The notes: generated by a model from the letters alone, not told the origin. A DNA stretch of 64,000 nt from Takakia lepidozioides (GCA_030704615.1 CM060734.1:248001-312000); one strand, 5' to 3'; shown: positions 11,990 through 25,774, counted from the first letter of the stretch. Numbers and translations are program-made.

Positions 11990-14900
11990 TGCTCTCGACT
12001 ATGCCAAATTCCAGTCAGAGAAGGTAACTTTTCTGCCTCCCGAAGTCGATGGCAATGTCATCTTAGTTTACACATGTTTCTTCGTCAAAGAAAAAGCCTC
12101 CGGGATGTTAACAGACATGGATCGAAAGCACATGACGGACACCCTGGTGTGTGACGAAGACCAGTAGCACGAAAATTGCTGATGGTGTTCGTGTACGATA
12201 TGTCCTCTGTGCGGGGAAGCTGAGGTGCCTCAATCCACCTTGCTTCCACTTTCTCTCCAAAGGAGGGGGAGAAAGAAACGAGACGGATTGGACTGGCACA
12301 ACGCATCATTCCATCATTGTCTCCAGCCAAGCTCCTGGGGTTCTTTCAAGTGTGCACATTGCAAAAGAACCACCGACGTGCATGTCCATGTGCAGAGCCA
12401 AGCAATATTACGTAATCCATTTGCTCCCGGACTTGCTAGAGCTTGCATACACGTTGGGGTCCACTGCCACCCCTTGGCGAGAGGCAACATGGTGAGGCTG
12501 TGCAGGAAAGCACACGACATCATAAAAGAGAGGTGAAAATTGAGCCCCGGAGCCAACCAAAGCAGATTCAGCTGAAGGCAGCCCACAAGATTGCTCTTGG
12601 CAAAATCATGTCTGAAGATGGTTCCGACCGAGAGCCCCTTGACCGAAGACGAGATGCGTGACCTTGGAGTCCGTCTCGCACGTTTTGTAGTCCGAATGTG
12701 AGGGAATCACATCGTATCTTGCAAGCAGGAGTCGGCAGGGGTCGGACATGTACTCAATCCTGGAGGTGAAACGAAGACTGGATATGACTACATCCAAGGT
12801 AGCAGGTTTCCAGGGCAAGGCAGCGAATCCGATCGTTGTTACATTTTCAAAAATGTCGACGTGTGGGCCTGGGAGTGTAGTCGACTTGGTCACTCGCATG
12901 ACAACTGGAAACTTGTCGAATGCTTGGGTGATGTTTGATCACATCAAGCGAATTACAAACCATCAGTGGGTGTGACTATGGGTGCGCATGTGTTTATGAC
13001 TATCACTCCAAGAGGCTCATGACGATTGCAATCTGCGAGATGAAGGGGAGGACACACAGTCCGAGATGGCATCTTGTGGGAGGGCATAAACGAGCAGATG
13101 GCAAGGGCGGGATTGCCAGAGCCCAATTTCAGGGATTCATGGCAGACAACGCTCAGGCCAAACGGGCGGCGGGGCAGCGGTGCGGCGTGTGTACGGTGAG
13201 GACCCCAATGTTCCAATGGAGGGGAAAGAGAGATCCTGTGGATTCCATTGGATGCAGAGTCTATCCCACTACACTACCAAATTTGTTGCTAGCTCATTCC
13301 AGCGCTGAACACCGTGTCCTTTGTACGGCGTGGAAGGATGCACCCACATTTGATGACGCGGAGGTTAAGTTTGCTATTCATCGAGGCTGGTGGAACACGT
13401 CAGGTGCAGTGGAGACAACCAATCGGGAGCATGCACAGCTGGTTGGGGTGGTGGCATTTTCGGTATCGACAATTCGGACAGTACATGCGGGAGGTAGGCT
13501 GCTGTCAATTTCGTTCATTGTCTTTCTGTTACGGACATTTCGATTGGTCCCTCACCGTTGTTTGTGTCCTTCTAGGAGCGGTGCTTGGATTCCGACACGG
13601 ACATGCCGAACACGAATATGGCAGAATCGGTCCACTCCTCCTGGCGAGCGTCTTCTGCCGCACATCTGGTGGACGTAGTGACGGCCACAACGGAGGACAT
13701 CGACAGAGCAATCATGCAGCAAGCCACGTACTACAAGTTCCTGAGCGGCAAACAATGGGGCTTGGACCGGCCGGACAGGGAGGAATTGTTGGTACGAACA
13801 GCTTCGAGGTCCAAGAATCCAGTGAAATGGGCGACAGCATTGCGAGAGAAGATCAAAGGGACGCCTCTGCACCGCAGAGGTGAACACCTAGAGGGGGACG
13901 TCCGGACTCGCCCTGTCAGGCGGAGGATTGAGAGGAACCCGGGTGCGAAGAGGATTCCTGGAGATCCGACAGGAACATCGGACAGCACCTCGAGGTCCCG
14001 TCATGTTGCCGCAACAATGTGTCTTCCAGCAGTGGAAGCCCAAGAAATTTCCAGATCGCCGTCGCCTTCAACCGGGGATTTCGTGCAACAAATTCCCACC
14101 GCTCCCTTGCCCCACATTCCGCCCGCTGTTATGCAGTATGGCCAAGCCATTGTGGAGACGACTGTGTCTGCCTCACAGTGGAGAATTGCTCGCACAAAGC
14201 CGTCGTTTCGAGGAAGGTGTTCCGCAATTCGTGTGGATACACGGCAACGTTGTTTAGAGATGATAAGAGGAATCCAGATGGGGCTGTCCCTGCTCCTACT
14301 TTTACAGGAAGATTTGTCCATGCAAAGTTTGCGGAGGCGACAACCACCCAGTTCTGGTTCTGCAGGCACGACATTATGACTTGCGTGTATGGAAAGCCCA
14401 AGTACGGCATACAGCAATGCCAGAGGCTCCCCCGGTGTGGCCGGTGGAACCAGGCTGCGATCTGAGTCAGGTTGAGGCCGACGCCCTTACCGCCGCAGGA
14501 TTTCGGATTGGTGCAGCGCACTGACGTGCCCAGACAACCATTTCCGCTTCCACAGCCTCCACCACCGACCCCTGTGAGAGCAAGAACAATGGGACACGAC
14601 AGCTCTAAGCATCCTACACACCGTTGGGGGAAACCGAAGAGGCGGCGACCTCTCCTCAAAAGTGAACGAGACAAGGATGGGGAATGCACTTCGGATGAAC
14701 TGTACAATCCAGAGCTCGACAGAAGTGCCCCCACCAGGATTCGGGCGTGTGTATCAGATGGCCACGGCGGGCTCAGCTGTTCGCAATGAGGTGTACACCA
14801 TCACCATTTCAGAATTACCCACCTGCAATTGCACCGACTTCCAGATCATGGCGAACAAGGGGGCATCATACTGCCCTTGCAAGCATTTGTACTACGTGTA

Positions 14901-15009
14901 CCTAAAGAGACTCCGTTGTAATTCCACAACTCATCACTTCATACATGCACCAGGGTTGAGCCCCCAGGAGGTTCACACTCTTCTGAATATGGATCCAGGG
15001 GACCAGTGA
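11990..15009 (+). pseudogene. MULE-like transposase, copy 2: Cys/His-rich N-terminal domain, DDE core, C-terminal SWIM finger; frameshifted; intron 13494-13575
   Basis: Motifs RACIHVGVHCHP, VMFDHIKR, FMADN, NTNMAESVHS and SWIM CNCTDF...CPCKH. Intron at the same position as in copy 1. Confidence 0.82.
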
Positions 15010-15589
15010 GCTTGGCTTGCGGTCCACATACAATGGTACGCCCATCCTTTTCGGATAGTAGAACTGTACTGCTGCCAGTACCTCAGACTCTGGCCACACA
15101 AAGGTCCGACATATGTCTTGCCTACCAGTAACCTGTTTTGATCGAACTAAGATATTACTATATCGTTCACTTGTTTCCACGTGCATGTATTTTAGTATGT
15201 TGGAGGGTTCATGTTTTCTGCTTTCCGAAAACTTGCTCTCCTCATTCGACCTCCGACAAGGAAATGCGGCGCCGAATTTCCAAGTATCGTCGTAGGTACC
15301 CCCAGAGGCGGCCTTCGCCAACACCAAACCGCTCCGAAATTTCGCACGTGCGAACCCTAATGCGGCACCCTATTTCCCAGTTCAGTTGCAAACCTTTCCC
15401 GCCGAATACCCGAAGAAGACAGAATTGTGAAGTACTGCAGACTGTATTGGTGCAGACTCCATTGGTTCAATCGCGGCAAAAGGGTCAGCTTCATTCCAAT
15501 GTTAAGGCATGTAAAACCGCGGAATACTCTATACAGGCCAGTATGCGACGTCCTTTTGCAGTGGTATACTGGATTTCCCGTTGCACGGT

Positions 15590-15856
15590 CACTTATTTCC
15601 ATGAGCGGATCTATAAACCATGAGCGGACTTGTTACTGACGACATATCTTCGCCGCATTACATGATCTGGAACGTCCAAAAACGCAAGGTCAAATAAAAA
15701 ACTATTATTTAATACTTGTTTAATCTGCCGCATTTCCAAATTTGGAGGAGTCCGCTCATGAAATCCGCGTATCTTAGACTTCGGCTCACCGCTCATGCGG
15801 CTCATGCGGCTCATGGCTCATGGCTCATGGTTTCTGCTCATGAAATAGTAAACCTC
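15590..15856 (+). mobile_element. Right terminus of MULE-like copy 2
   Basis: GCTCATG repeats ending GCTCATGAAATAGTAAACCTC. Interrupts the F2 3' LTR. Confidence 0.82.
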
Positions 15857-16176
15857 CCCGTGACCAGGTAGTGTACATCCATCACTACCCGGTATGTCCC
15901 GTTGTGACCCTTGCTGTCTGGCCCTCGTAGCATAGCCGTTATCATTTATCCCCCCCCCCCCCCCCCCCCCTTTTTGAAAATTGTGTCCGCACAATTTCGT
16001 CAGTTCCTATGCTTGTTGTATCTCTTGGGGATGTAGGGGGGGAAGGCTGCCTTCGCGGAGGGGGTAGAAGTGCGTCCCAGGATAGTCTGCGTGGTGGCAG
16101 CTTCTGTTCATGTTGTCGTCCTGTCTGGTTGATCCTCTGGTTCATGAGTGGGCCAGTTTCGTCATCAGGTGTTCTG

Positions 16177-18819
16177 CTACTCCGTCCCCACGTACCATGT
16201 CGTTTTGGTGGTCAAAGTTTCTCGGTAGGTTTGCAGCTCCTCCTTGGTCCAGGGTATAATGTGTTTAGTTGCCCTGCTGCCCATTAACCAGTTAACAGCT
16301 TGGATCCCTGTTCTCTGAAAGGGTGGTCTCTGTCCAAGACCAATGGTGAAAAGTGGTCCTTCGCCTGGCGCCATGCTTCAGCATACAGTGGTCTGTTCAT
16401 ATATTGAAGTGCCTGCGACTCTCTCTGGTGGCTGGAATTTGGGTAATTCCCAGTGAGTATCTTTTCCAATACCCTCATAGCGCTGCCAGCTTCCCTCATT
16501 GTCACGAACATCCGGTACAAGTAACTGCCAATATAAAAAACTTGGCAGCCCATTACAAGTCTACTGCCGGGGTAGGATTAATCTTCACTTGCCCCACTGC
16601 TCACATGTAAGCTACCAGCTCCTTGTATTCCAGGGGAGCCTGGCGCCAGAATTCAACCAATTCTGCCCCTGACCATGTCTCTTCCCTAGCCGGTGGCCTC
16701 ATCCTGTATCTCAGAGGGATAAGAGTTTGATTGAGCAGATGCAATTGAACCAATGATCTGTAGGGGGTTAAGGTTTTGAAGACCTTCTCCAGTATTTCTG
16801 GGATTTGGTGGGTTGGGACTATCATCATTTTAAAGTATTTCTCTGAATACTTTAGCCACTCCCCATCCTGCTTGCATGGCATGATTTGATCTTCGTCCAT
16901 GAGCTCATCTTGTTCTGGAATTGGTGGCAGGAATTCCTCGTGACTGTCTGTCACCAACTTCACCAATTGACATTTCATCTGCCTCACCATTGCCCTGTTG
17001 AGTTTCTTCATCTCTAGTTCACTCCCTTCATTCAACCAGGTTCTGGCTAAGGCTGCTTGTTTCCGTTGGCTGCATCCAGCCTGCTTGCAATGTCAGCTTC
17101 TTCAGCTGCTGCTTCATTCTTGTTCATTGCCCATGACAATGTCTCTTTCTGTGGTGGCGGTAAACAGCCTGCTCTAAGTATTTTCCCTTTCTTTCAGCAG
17201 TGTAGTGTTGCTTGTGATCTCTGGCAGTCCTCAGCTGCCCCTGGAGTGTCTCCACCTGCTGCTTAAGCGTCTGCACCTGTCCTGTGAGTGTTTCCACCTC
17301 TGTCTCTGTTTTCCGAGACCGCTCTCGCTCTGCATCGAGGTCGGCTTGGACATGGCATCTTTTGTCTCTCTGTCTTTCCCACTTCTGCTCTCATTCATCT
17401 CTGCGTTGTGTCAAAGTGTTGTATTGGCGAAGTAAGGTCGTCTTTTGATCTTCCAATGCTGCAATTGTAACCTCGTGGTTACAGACTGTTCTTGTTGTCG
17501 CAAATTCTCTCTGGTGTTTCTCTTTGATGTGGTCTAAGATCATGCTCAGGTTCTCCGGGCTGATGTAATCCTTGGCCCTGTCCATACAAGCTGTCACTTG
17601 ACCCAATGCTTGTATTGCCTGCAGAATTACATTCTGTGACGTTTCTTCCAACCCTGTGTCCCATGTTGTTGTATCCAGAACTTATTGTGTTAGTAGTAAT
17701 TCCAAATTGGAATTATTGTCTTGCTGCTACTGATTCTGTGCCTCTTGCACCACCTGTTGTTGTTGCTGACTGGATGCTTCTTGCACCATCTGCTGTTGTT
17801 GCTGACTGGGTGCCTCTTGAACCATTTGCTGTTGCTGCGCCACTATGTCTCCCTCCTCTGTTCCTGGTTGTGTGGCCTCTGTGGTGGTGCTGCTTGCTGG
17901 GCTTCGGTATTACCATGGCTAGTTCCATGGGTGTTGCTTCATTGGTCTGTGGTTGGTTCCCTCCTTCTGGCTATTGATTCTCCCCTTCTCTCTGTACTGT
18001 GGAATCAGCCGTCAAGTTGATGATGTCCTCTGCTGCTGCACTTGTGGTTGCTTCGTTGATCCGGGCTCTCTTTGCAAGTCCGCCCTCTTCTTCTTCTTGA
18101 CCTGGTGCCGTCTCACTCCCTTCTTCCTCCATCGTATCTACCTATTGCATAATCCCCAACGTTGCTTGCTCTTCGGGTGTTAGGTGTACAGTGTGTCGAA
18201 TCATTTGGAGTAACAAGAGAGTAGCCATATTAACAGTCGTTTCCTTCTTCTTCTTTGTCAACCGGGTCAATTCTTGGGTTAACTTCTTCAATAAGAAGCT
18301 TGCCCAATTCACGATTTGCCCATTGAGGCAAACCATCACTTGATCGATTAGTTCCTTGGTACAGTACCTGTGGTTTTGCCTGAGGCAAAGCAACGTGCTA
18401 AGTACCGGGGCTATCTTCCTAAAGCCGGGGCTTTTGCTGTGGCTGCAGGTGTAGCCCTGATCTGCTTGGTTGAGATTCTCAAACAAATCTGTAAGTACAA
18501 ACCTTGGAGGTTTGCCGCTGTGCGCCGGTACGTCCAGACTGGGAAGGTGAAACACTTCCGCCAAATACTTCTCCGTCAGCAGAATGTAGGTGTCGCGGAC
18601 ATTTATGCTCCAAGTGCTGGTGTTGTAATTCTCCAAGAACTCCCTGCACAGCTCGTCGTGCTTAAGGTTCCAGTCCAGCGTGGTGATGAAGTATCGCAGG
18701 CCAAGACTGTCCAACGTCTCCTGTGTCTCTGTGTCCTACTCAATCTTCCGCAACGCCGGGCTGATTTTGAAATTCACTTGCACATAAGAACTTGGTGCCT
18801 TCCGCTTTGTGCCTGCCAT
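16177..18819 (-). pseudogene. F2 3' extra ORF (PMD/Transposase_32-like N-terminus, coiled coil, unknown C-terminal domain)
   Basis: LCREFLENY...LAEVFHLP...VNWASFL. Homologous to the F1 ORF at 49579-53128. Contains stops and frameshifts. Confidence 0.65.
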
Positions 18820-19739
18820 TTCTCTTAGTCTTGCGGTTGCTGTAAGGAATTGGAGCACCAATTCTTGTATCACGAGCAGTATGAAGCACACTGGAAGTTG
18901 TGTATACAACAATTTCCAGTTTGTGGAAGAGAAGGTGAGGAGTTCGCTTCTGGGTTTAAGTAGGAGTTCTCTTCTGTAGGCTTCTCCTCTAACTTCTCTT
19001 GAGGTTCTCGTGGAGGTAATTATGTCTTGCTGGTTGCCTAGGTTTAAAGCGCGGTTAGCTTTAATTGCTGGGCCCAGGCTTACCAAAAGCATTTAGCTTC
19101 TGGTAACGGTTTTGAGAAAACTTCATCCCTTTTGTGCCTAATTTTCTTCCGTTGCTGTTTTCTTCGTGGTTTGTTTTGGATCGAATTGATGGTCGTTGAT
19201 GATTGTCCGGTTTCGGTCAGTTTATGTTCATCCGTCTTGGATGCGTTCATCCACTTTGGTACGTGGTCTGTTTTTAGATGGGCGGCGTGTGCGCAGTACT
19301 TGCAGCTTTGTTTAATGGCTTTGCCCTTATCATCCGCCGTCTTTTGGCAATCCGTTGGATTGCGCCGTTGTTCTGCCTCCTTGTTATGATCGATGGCTAG
19401 TGGTGTATGATTACCACGGTCGGTGGGGTGATCTGAAGCGTACATCTCGGAGTTTAACACAAGCAGTGACTCGTTGGCTGCTTCGTATTCGTTCACGATT
19501 CTGTAGGGCATCTGTGCTGGCCACGGTTCACCATACGGTATAACGGGGTGGTGTAATGTTGTCCTCCAGGAATGGTGGTCTAGCCGTCGTGGTGCCCTGA
19601 ATTCGTGTTGCCACCTGCTTAGTACATGCCGATTCACCGTGTCGTGATGAATGTAGTATGCACTGGCGGTTTCACGCTCCTCATCTTCAGTTTGATCTTC
19701 CTCGTTGGCGTATAAGTCATGTATAAGGGCTTTCTCATG

Positions 19740-22700
19740 TATTTCTTGGTAGCCTTTTAACTTGTTAATATTAATTCGTCCCACGAATTCTTGTTCCAAG
19801 GTCTGTAAATCAACAGTTCCATGTCATGTACCCTTTTGATTTGAAAGGTCCCATCCATGGCATTTTCAATTTTCCGCCCAGTTTGATCTTCGTGATTTTT
19901 GGTAACCCCACAAACAATGTCCCCGTCCTGGAAAGATTTCTCTTTCCCTTTGGATATTCTTTTTTCTTCGTTGTTCTTGAATTCGTGCCATGTTATCTGC
20001 GGCGTCTGCCCGAACTCCTTCCAGGTGGAATAACTCATATTCCCTAACTCGTAGAGATTCTTCTAAAACCCATCGTTCATGAGTTCCGGTTCGTAGTGTG
20101 GGTATCATACATTCAATGGGTAATAGTGCCTCTGCTCCATACACCAGTAGAAATGGTGTATGTTTTGTGGTCACCTTGTGATGTCCTGAATGCCCATAGT
20201 GTTGTGTTCAATTTGGTGTCCCAATCTGTACGATTGGCATTTACTATCTTGGTTAAGATAGTGCATAATATCTTGTGGGTAGATTCGGCCTGGCCATTTC
20301 CTTGGGGATAGTAAGCAGTACTCTTGTGATGTACGATCATAAACTCCTCCGTCAAGCATTTTATGGCATCATTTATAAAATGTGATCCCTGATCACTGAC
20401 GAATTCCAGTGGGCAACCAAATCGTGTGATGATGTTTTCATATAAGAATTTGGCTATCGATCTGGCAGTGTTGTCTCTTAGTGCCTTGGCCTCTACCCAT
20501 TTGGTAGTGTAGTCAGTGGCTGTGAGGATGTATTGGTTCTGTGTGTACCTTGCTGGAGGTTTAATGGGCCCCACAAAGTCTAGCCCCCATCGCTGAAATG
20601 GTTCTGTTGGTAGTATTGGGTGCATAGTACCCTTCCCAGTTCGTTCTACTGGTCCCATCCTTTGGCAAACATCACACTGTTGACAGTGTTCATAAGTGTC
20701 TCCAAATACAGTAGGCCACCAGTAACCTGCTAATAATATCTTCTTTGCTGCCAGGTCTGAACTGAAGTGTCCTCCTGCAATTCCTTCGTGTAGTTCTTGC
20801 ATACTGTTTTGGCTTGCTCTTTGTTTACACATCTTCTCATTATGGAGTCAATTCCTCTTTTGTACAGAATCCCTTTGATTACTGTGTATGGCTTGCTTTT
20901 CATTGAAAGCTTTCTCATGTCATCTTTGGTGTAGTCTTCAGGAAATTTTCCTGTGTTCAGATAGTATTTGATTGGCCATTGCCAATCATCTTGATCTTGA
21001 TTCTGAAAGTCTTCTGATTCTTCCTTGGTAACTGTATACGCTCCAATACTGATATTGGCCAATTCTTGATTGTTTGTTTCTTCGTTTTCCTTGTCATCTT
21101 CTTCTTCTGGATCTGGCTCTTCCTCAATAATAGGTCCTTCATCAAGAGGTTCATCTTCATCTGATGAGTCCTCTTCTTCATCAGTGTCATCCATGAGTTT
21201 AAGAGCATCTGGAAGGTCATAGTCTCCTTGAAACATTCCCAGAGCGTCTATAGGATCTATCTCTTCATCTGGTGGGTTGAACAGCAAACAGAAATGCGTC
21301 GGGAAGTTGATCCTCTAACCCGTGGCTGGTTCTCCTCTAGTAATCCTTGACAGATGATCTGATGTAACATGTAATCTCCCTGGTTTATGAACAACTTCAA
21401 AATCATACTCATGAAGAAGTAATAACCATCGAGCAACCCTGCCACTAGCTAGTGGTCGATTTGCTAAATGAACTAGAGCCTGATGATCAACAATAAACTT
21501 AAAGCGATTGCCAAGTAAATAATGCCAAAACTTTTGAACAGCATAAATCATTTCCAATGCTTCCCTTTCTGTGGTGCTATAGTTCTGCTCGGCTGCTGTC
21601 AACAATCTGCTTGCATAATAGATTGGTGAATCTATTGTGCCTGTCACATTCTGAGCTAAAACTGCTCCCAAAGCAGTGCCCGATGCATCATTGTGTACAT
21701 GAAATGGTAAATCCCATCTTGGATTTATCAGAATTGGTGCTACCGTGAGTGCCCTTTTTAGTGAATCGAATGATTCCTGGCAAGCTGGAGACCATCGGTA
21801 TTCGACATCTTGCTTCAGCAGTCTATAGACTGGTGTTGCTCTGTGAGCATATTTGTCAATGTACCTTCTGTAATAGCTCGTCTGTCCCAGAAATCTCTTA
21901 AGTTTCTTGGGATTTTCTGGTGGTGGTATTTTCTAGATAACCTCCACTTTCTTTGGATCCACCAGAATTCCATGTTGGCACACAATGTGTCCCAACAATA
22001 ATCCTTAATTCACACAAAATGTACATTTTTCCGGATTGAGACTTACTCCATTGTTTCTGCAGGCTTGTAGGCAAAGTTTTAACTGTGCCAAGTTTTGGAT
22101 TTCTGTCCGAAGACACTGAAATCATCCAAAAATACCTGCATAAAATTGTTGAGATAATTCTTGAATATCTCAGATATTGCTCGCTGAAATGTAGCTGGTG
22201 CGTTGCAAAGTCCAAATGGCATGATTTTGTAAGCATAGGCTCCCCATTCAGTGATGAATGCGGTCTTTTCTCGGTCTTCTTCTGCCATCTGCACCTGATT
22301 GTACCTACTAAACCCATCCATGAATGAGTACATCTCATGTCCGGCCACTGTGTCCAACACTATTTCGGTGAAAGGTAGTGGAAATGGGTCTTTCTTGGTT
22401 CCTACATTTAACTTGCGGTAGTCCACACATACTCGTAGTTTTCCATTTTTCTTGGGTACTATCACAATGGGCGATAACCATTGTGGTGTCTCTACTGGGT
22501 ATATGAATCCTGCATCCAGTAATTTCTTGATTTCTTCCCAAACTTTAGCTGCATAGTTGGGGTTCATTCTGTAACGGTTCTGACGAATTGGTTTTGTGTC
22601 AACTTCCAATTCAATTCGGTGCTGACAGATATTAGAAGGTATACCCTTCAAATCTTTGTAGTTCCAGGCAAATACATCCTTGTATTCAGCGAATAATGCA

Positions 22701-23520
22701 GTAGCTTCTTGTAGAAATGATTCTTCAAGACCTGCACTTACTCGTATTATCTGTGGTTCTTCCACTGTTCCCAGATTCACTTGAATCAATTGAGTTTCTT
22801 CCGTTACTGTCCATCCTGCAATCTCTTGTCCGATGGTTGCAATCTTGGCAGGTACTTCACTGATTTTAATGTCCTCTTCCCTTTCTTGATAGAAACGGGC
22901 AGGGTGTTGAGGTGTGTCCATAGCTTCTTCCTTCGGATCTTCCGTTCTCGAAGTATTTGGTTCTCCTTGGGTGTTCACCATGTGACATCCCACTGTTGTG
23001 GTATGCTTGACCACTAATTGCCCAATAGGTTCCAATTGTGGATGTGCTGCATATATTGTGGCTTCTTCTTCAACTGATAGTCCACTGGACCAATCATACT
23101 CTTCCACTATGCAAGGTCATTTCTCTCGTGGAATGGTACCTCGTTGCTTCGTAGTGATGGTGACTTGTTCTGATCCCTTTTTGATCGTGAGAGTCTGACT
23201 TCCCCAATCATGGTGTGATTGGGCTTGTGTTAACCATGGTCGGCCAAGTAGTAGCGAATATCCTTCTACCACATCCTCTATTCTGAGAATGGTTACTGAT
23301 ACTTCGTATACCAGTCCTACTACTTCCATTGCGAGTCGTCTGATGATACCCAATGGTTGCACTTTTTGTTGATCAGCCATTCGTACCGTGAATGGCGCAG
23401 GTTCCATGTGTCCCAATCCTAGTGACTTCTTCATCTTCTCTGTCATGATATTCACTCCGGATCCTCCATCGATGAGTACATCTGTTACCAGCTTCCGTCC
23501 AATACGTACTTGTATTGCGG
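19740..23520 (-). pseudogene. pol: F2 pol: aspartic protease, RT, RNase H, integrase
   Basis: IDGGSGVNI; LRVCVDYRKLN; MPFGLCNAPATFQ; FLDD; NYSTTEREAL; H-H-C-C zinc motif; WGLDF; SDQGSHF; NGQAES. Confidence 0.95.
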
Positions 23521-24876
23521 GTATTGCTTCGTCGTAGTCTAGAGTTTGTCATATAGTTGTGGGTTTAATCGTATAAACTTCTGGTGTTGGTTTTTGTTTT
23601 GGTGTGGGGGTCAATGCCTCGATTGCCCGAAATAAAGTTTTCTTGCAGTGTGGAGCAATTTTTAACAATTGTCCAATGGTAATCTGGGTCTTGGTCTGGC
23701 AAATTACTTCCGCCAATTCTGTTTCCGTAGTTGCATTCATGGTCTTCATCGTTGGTCTGATTTGATTGTCTGGAGTTGGCTGTCCAGAAGGTATATGGGT
23801 TCCCTCTTGCATTTGAGCTATGGCTTTACTTACCTCCCTGTGTAAGCTTTTAATGAATCTTTAAAAGCTTTGAGTGCAGTCCTGGTTATCCTTTCTGGAG
23901 AAGTAGTTTCACTTCTTTCACCTTCTTCACTCAAAATATTCTCAAATTTTTCTTCTAATATTTCAGCAAAGCCTCGATTTGGACTTGTTACCGTAGAAGG
24001 TCCTTCAGATCTTTCTTGTGGTAGCCATTCATCAAGTGCATTACTGGCAACTTCTTCTGGTGTAGTGTTCCCACTTCCCACCGATCCGATTTCCTGATTT
24101 TTTGGTTTATCACTATCAATTTGTCTTGATGTCTCACCTTGAATAATATTCTAGTTTTGTAATTCTGGAAACTAATCTCTTAATCGAGCCTCCCTTTCTG
24201 CAACATATTTCTCTATTCGTTCAGCTCTGTCTTGCTTAGTTTTTTCTTTAATTTCCTCATTCATTCCCACATCATATGCAGAATTCCTTTTCAGCACCCT
24301 TTAATCATTCTTGGAATGTCAGTAAAGAAAATTTATAGTGGTCTCTACCCTTTCTCCAAGATTTACCCTATCTTGCCAGAATCCGTATTACGACTTAATT
24401 TTCCCTTTTACTGATTGATCACCAATCTTTTAATGGGCACAATAATACCATCTGTCTTTCTCAGTGTATCTGACTTGCAACAAGTCTTTGGGTATCCTAC
24501 TCCACTGCTTCTATGATCATGTGACAATATTCATAATTTGAACATCTTTATCTGAAAATATAACTAGTATAACAAACTTTTCTGATTGGGATTAGAGTAA
24601 TCAATAAAGCTAGACGGGACAACCATTCTTCACTTCTGATTCTACATTCCCAAGGTGCTCGTGTAATACGGATCACTCCTCCCTTCAATCCCCATTTGTC
24701 ATCTTCTTTCGCAATTGAAAGAAATATCTTCTGTTGTATTGCTATTGGTAAGCCATGAAATTTTTCTAGGAATGTTTTTCATTCCTTTGCTTCCGTTGAC
24801 TCGTTCTTTTGTGATTTCAAGAAATCACTGAGTAACCATCCTTCCTTGAGTACACTTGAACTCAACATACCGTTAG

Positions 24877-24894
24877 TCTCCAGTATGGTCGCCA
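24877..24894 (-). promoter_or_regulatory. F2 primer-binding site (TGGCGACCATACTGG, tRNA-Arg-like)
   Basis: Lies directly after the LTR end ...TAACA TT on the minus strand. The tRNA identity is inferred. Confidence 0.75.
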
Positions 24895-24896
24895 AA

Positions 24897-25774
24897 TGTT
24901 AACTGCTGGTTTATGACTTAGACAAAACAGGCTATCAGCACTACTGCCCATTTCCTAAGACATGCAACAGAGGTTGTCCGACGGTATGCTTTCATAAACG
25001 ATTACGGAGTAATCGTTTTAAGGATAGCTAAACCATGAACATCGTATGAATTCATCTTCATGCATGCTGCTTAATCCTATTGATTAAGCTCAACTTACAG
25101 TCTCTTTGGCATGAAAGATCTTAGTCGAAAAGACTGAAGTCGGTTCATTCATACAACAAATGATAGTCAAGGCAAAACAAGAACTATCATGAGATGATAC
25201 ACATTCTCACCATCTCACGTTCTCTCATAATGCACATTCTCTTCATCTCACGTTCACTCTACACAAAGATACCTCGAATAGCATGGCTTTACTTCAGAGT
25301 TCGTCATATCATCACAGAAGTACACATTGAATCACTCTGAGTCCTTGAATACACACTGATCACTGATACTCATATTGTTTTCCCTCTAAGTTGCGTGCAG
25401 CCTTTTTATACTATGCTCGAAAGAGCCGTTACAGTCTGCGGTCGTTAATGACCGTTTGCCTAATTGCCTACGCAACCTAAAAGGTTTGCTAAAAAGGTGG
25501 CTCGTTGCAGTGGTCGTGAACCATAGTGGTAAACGGTCCACTACTCCCTCTATTGGTTAAAGCCGATGCTAACGTGGCCGTGTGATATCGTGGTTCACGG
25601 CCCACGGTCACTACACTACCCACTACTACTCCCGTGGTAATGTACCCTTGTTCCGCCATTTGCTAAGTACCGCGTACTTAGCCATTTCTGCCCGTGACCA
25701 GGTAGTGTACATCCATCACTACCCGGTATGTCCCGTTGTGACCCTTGCTGTCTGGCGTAGCATAGCCGTTATCA
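24897..25774 (-). mobile_element. F2 5' LTR (878 bp)
   Basis: TG...CA ends with TGTTAAC/GTTATCA terminal inverted repeats; adjacent to the PBS. Confidence 0.9.

Larger units (their letters stand above)
15857..25774 (-). mobile_element. F2 non-chromovirus Ty3/gypsy LTR retrotransposon, near complete and degenerate
   Basis: 5' LTR 24897-25774, PBS, PR-RT-RH-INT order, 3' extra ORF, poly-G PPT (15945-15975), and 3' LTR remnant 15857-15944 matching 25691-25774. Confidence 0.93.
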
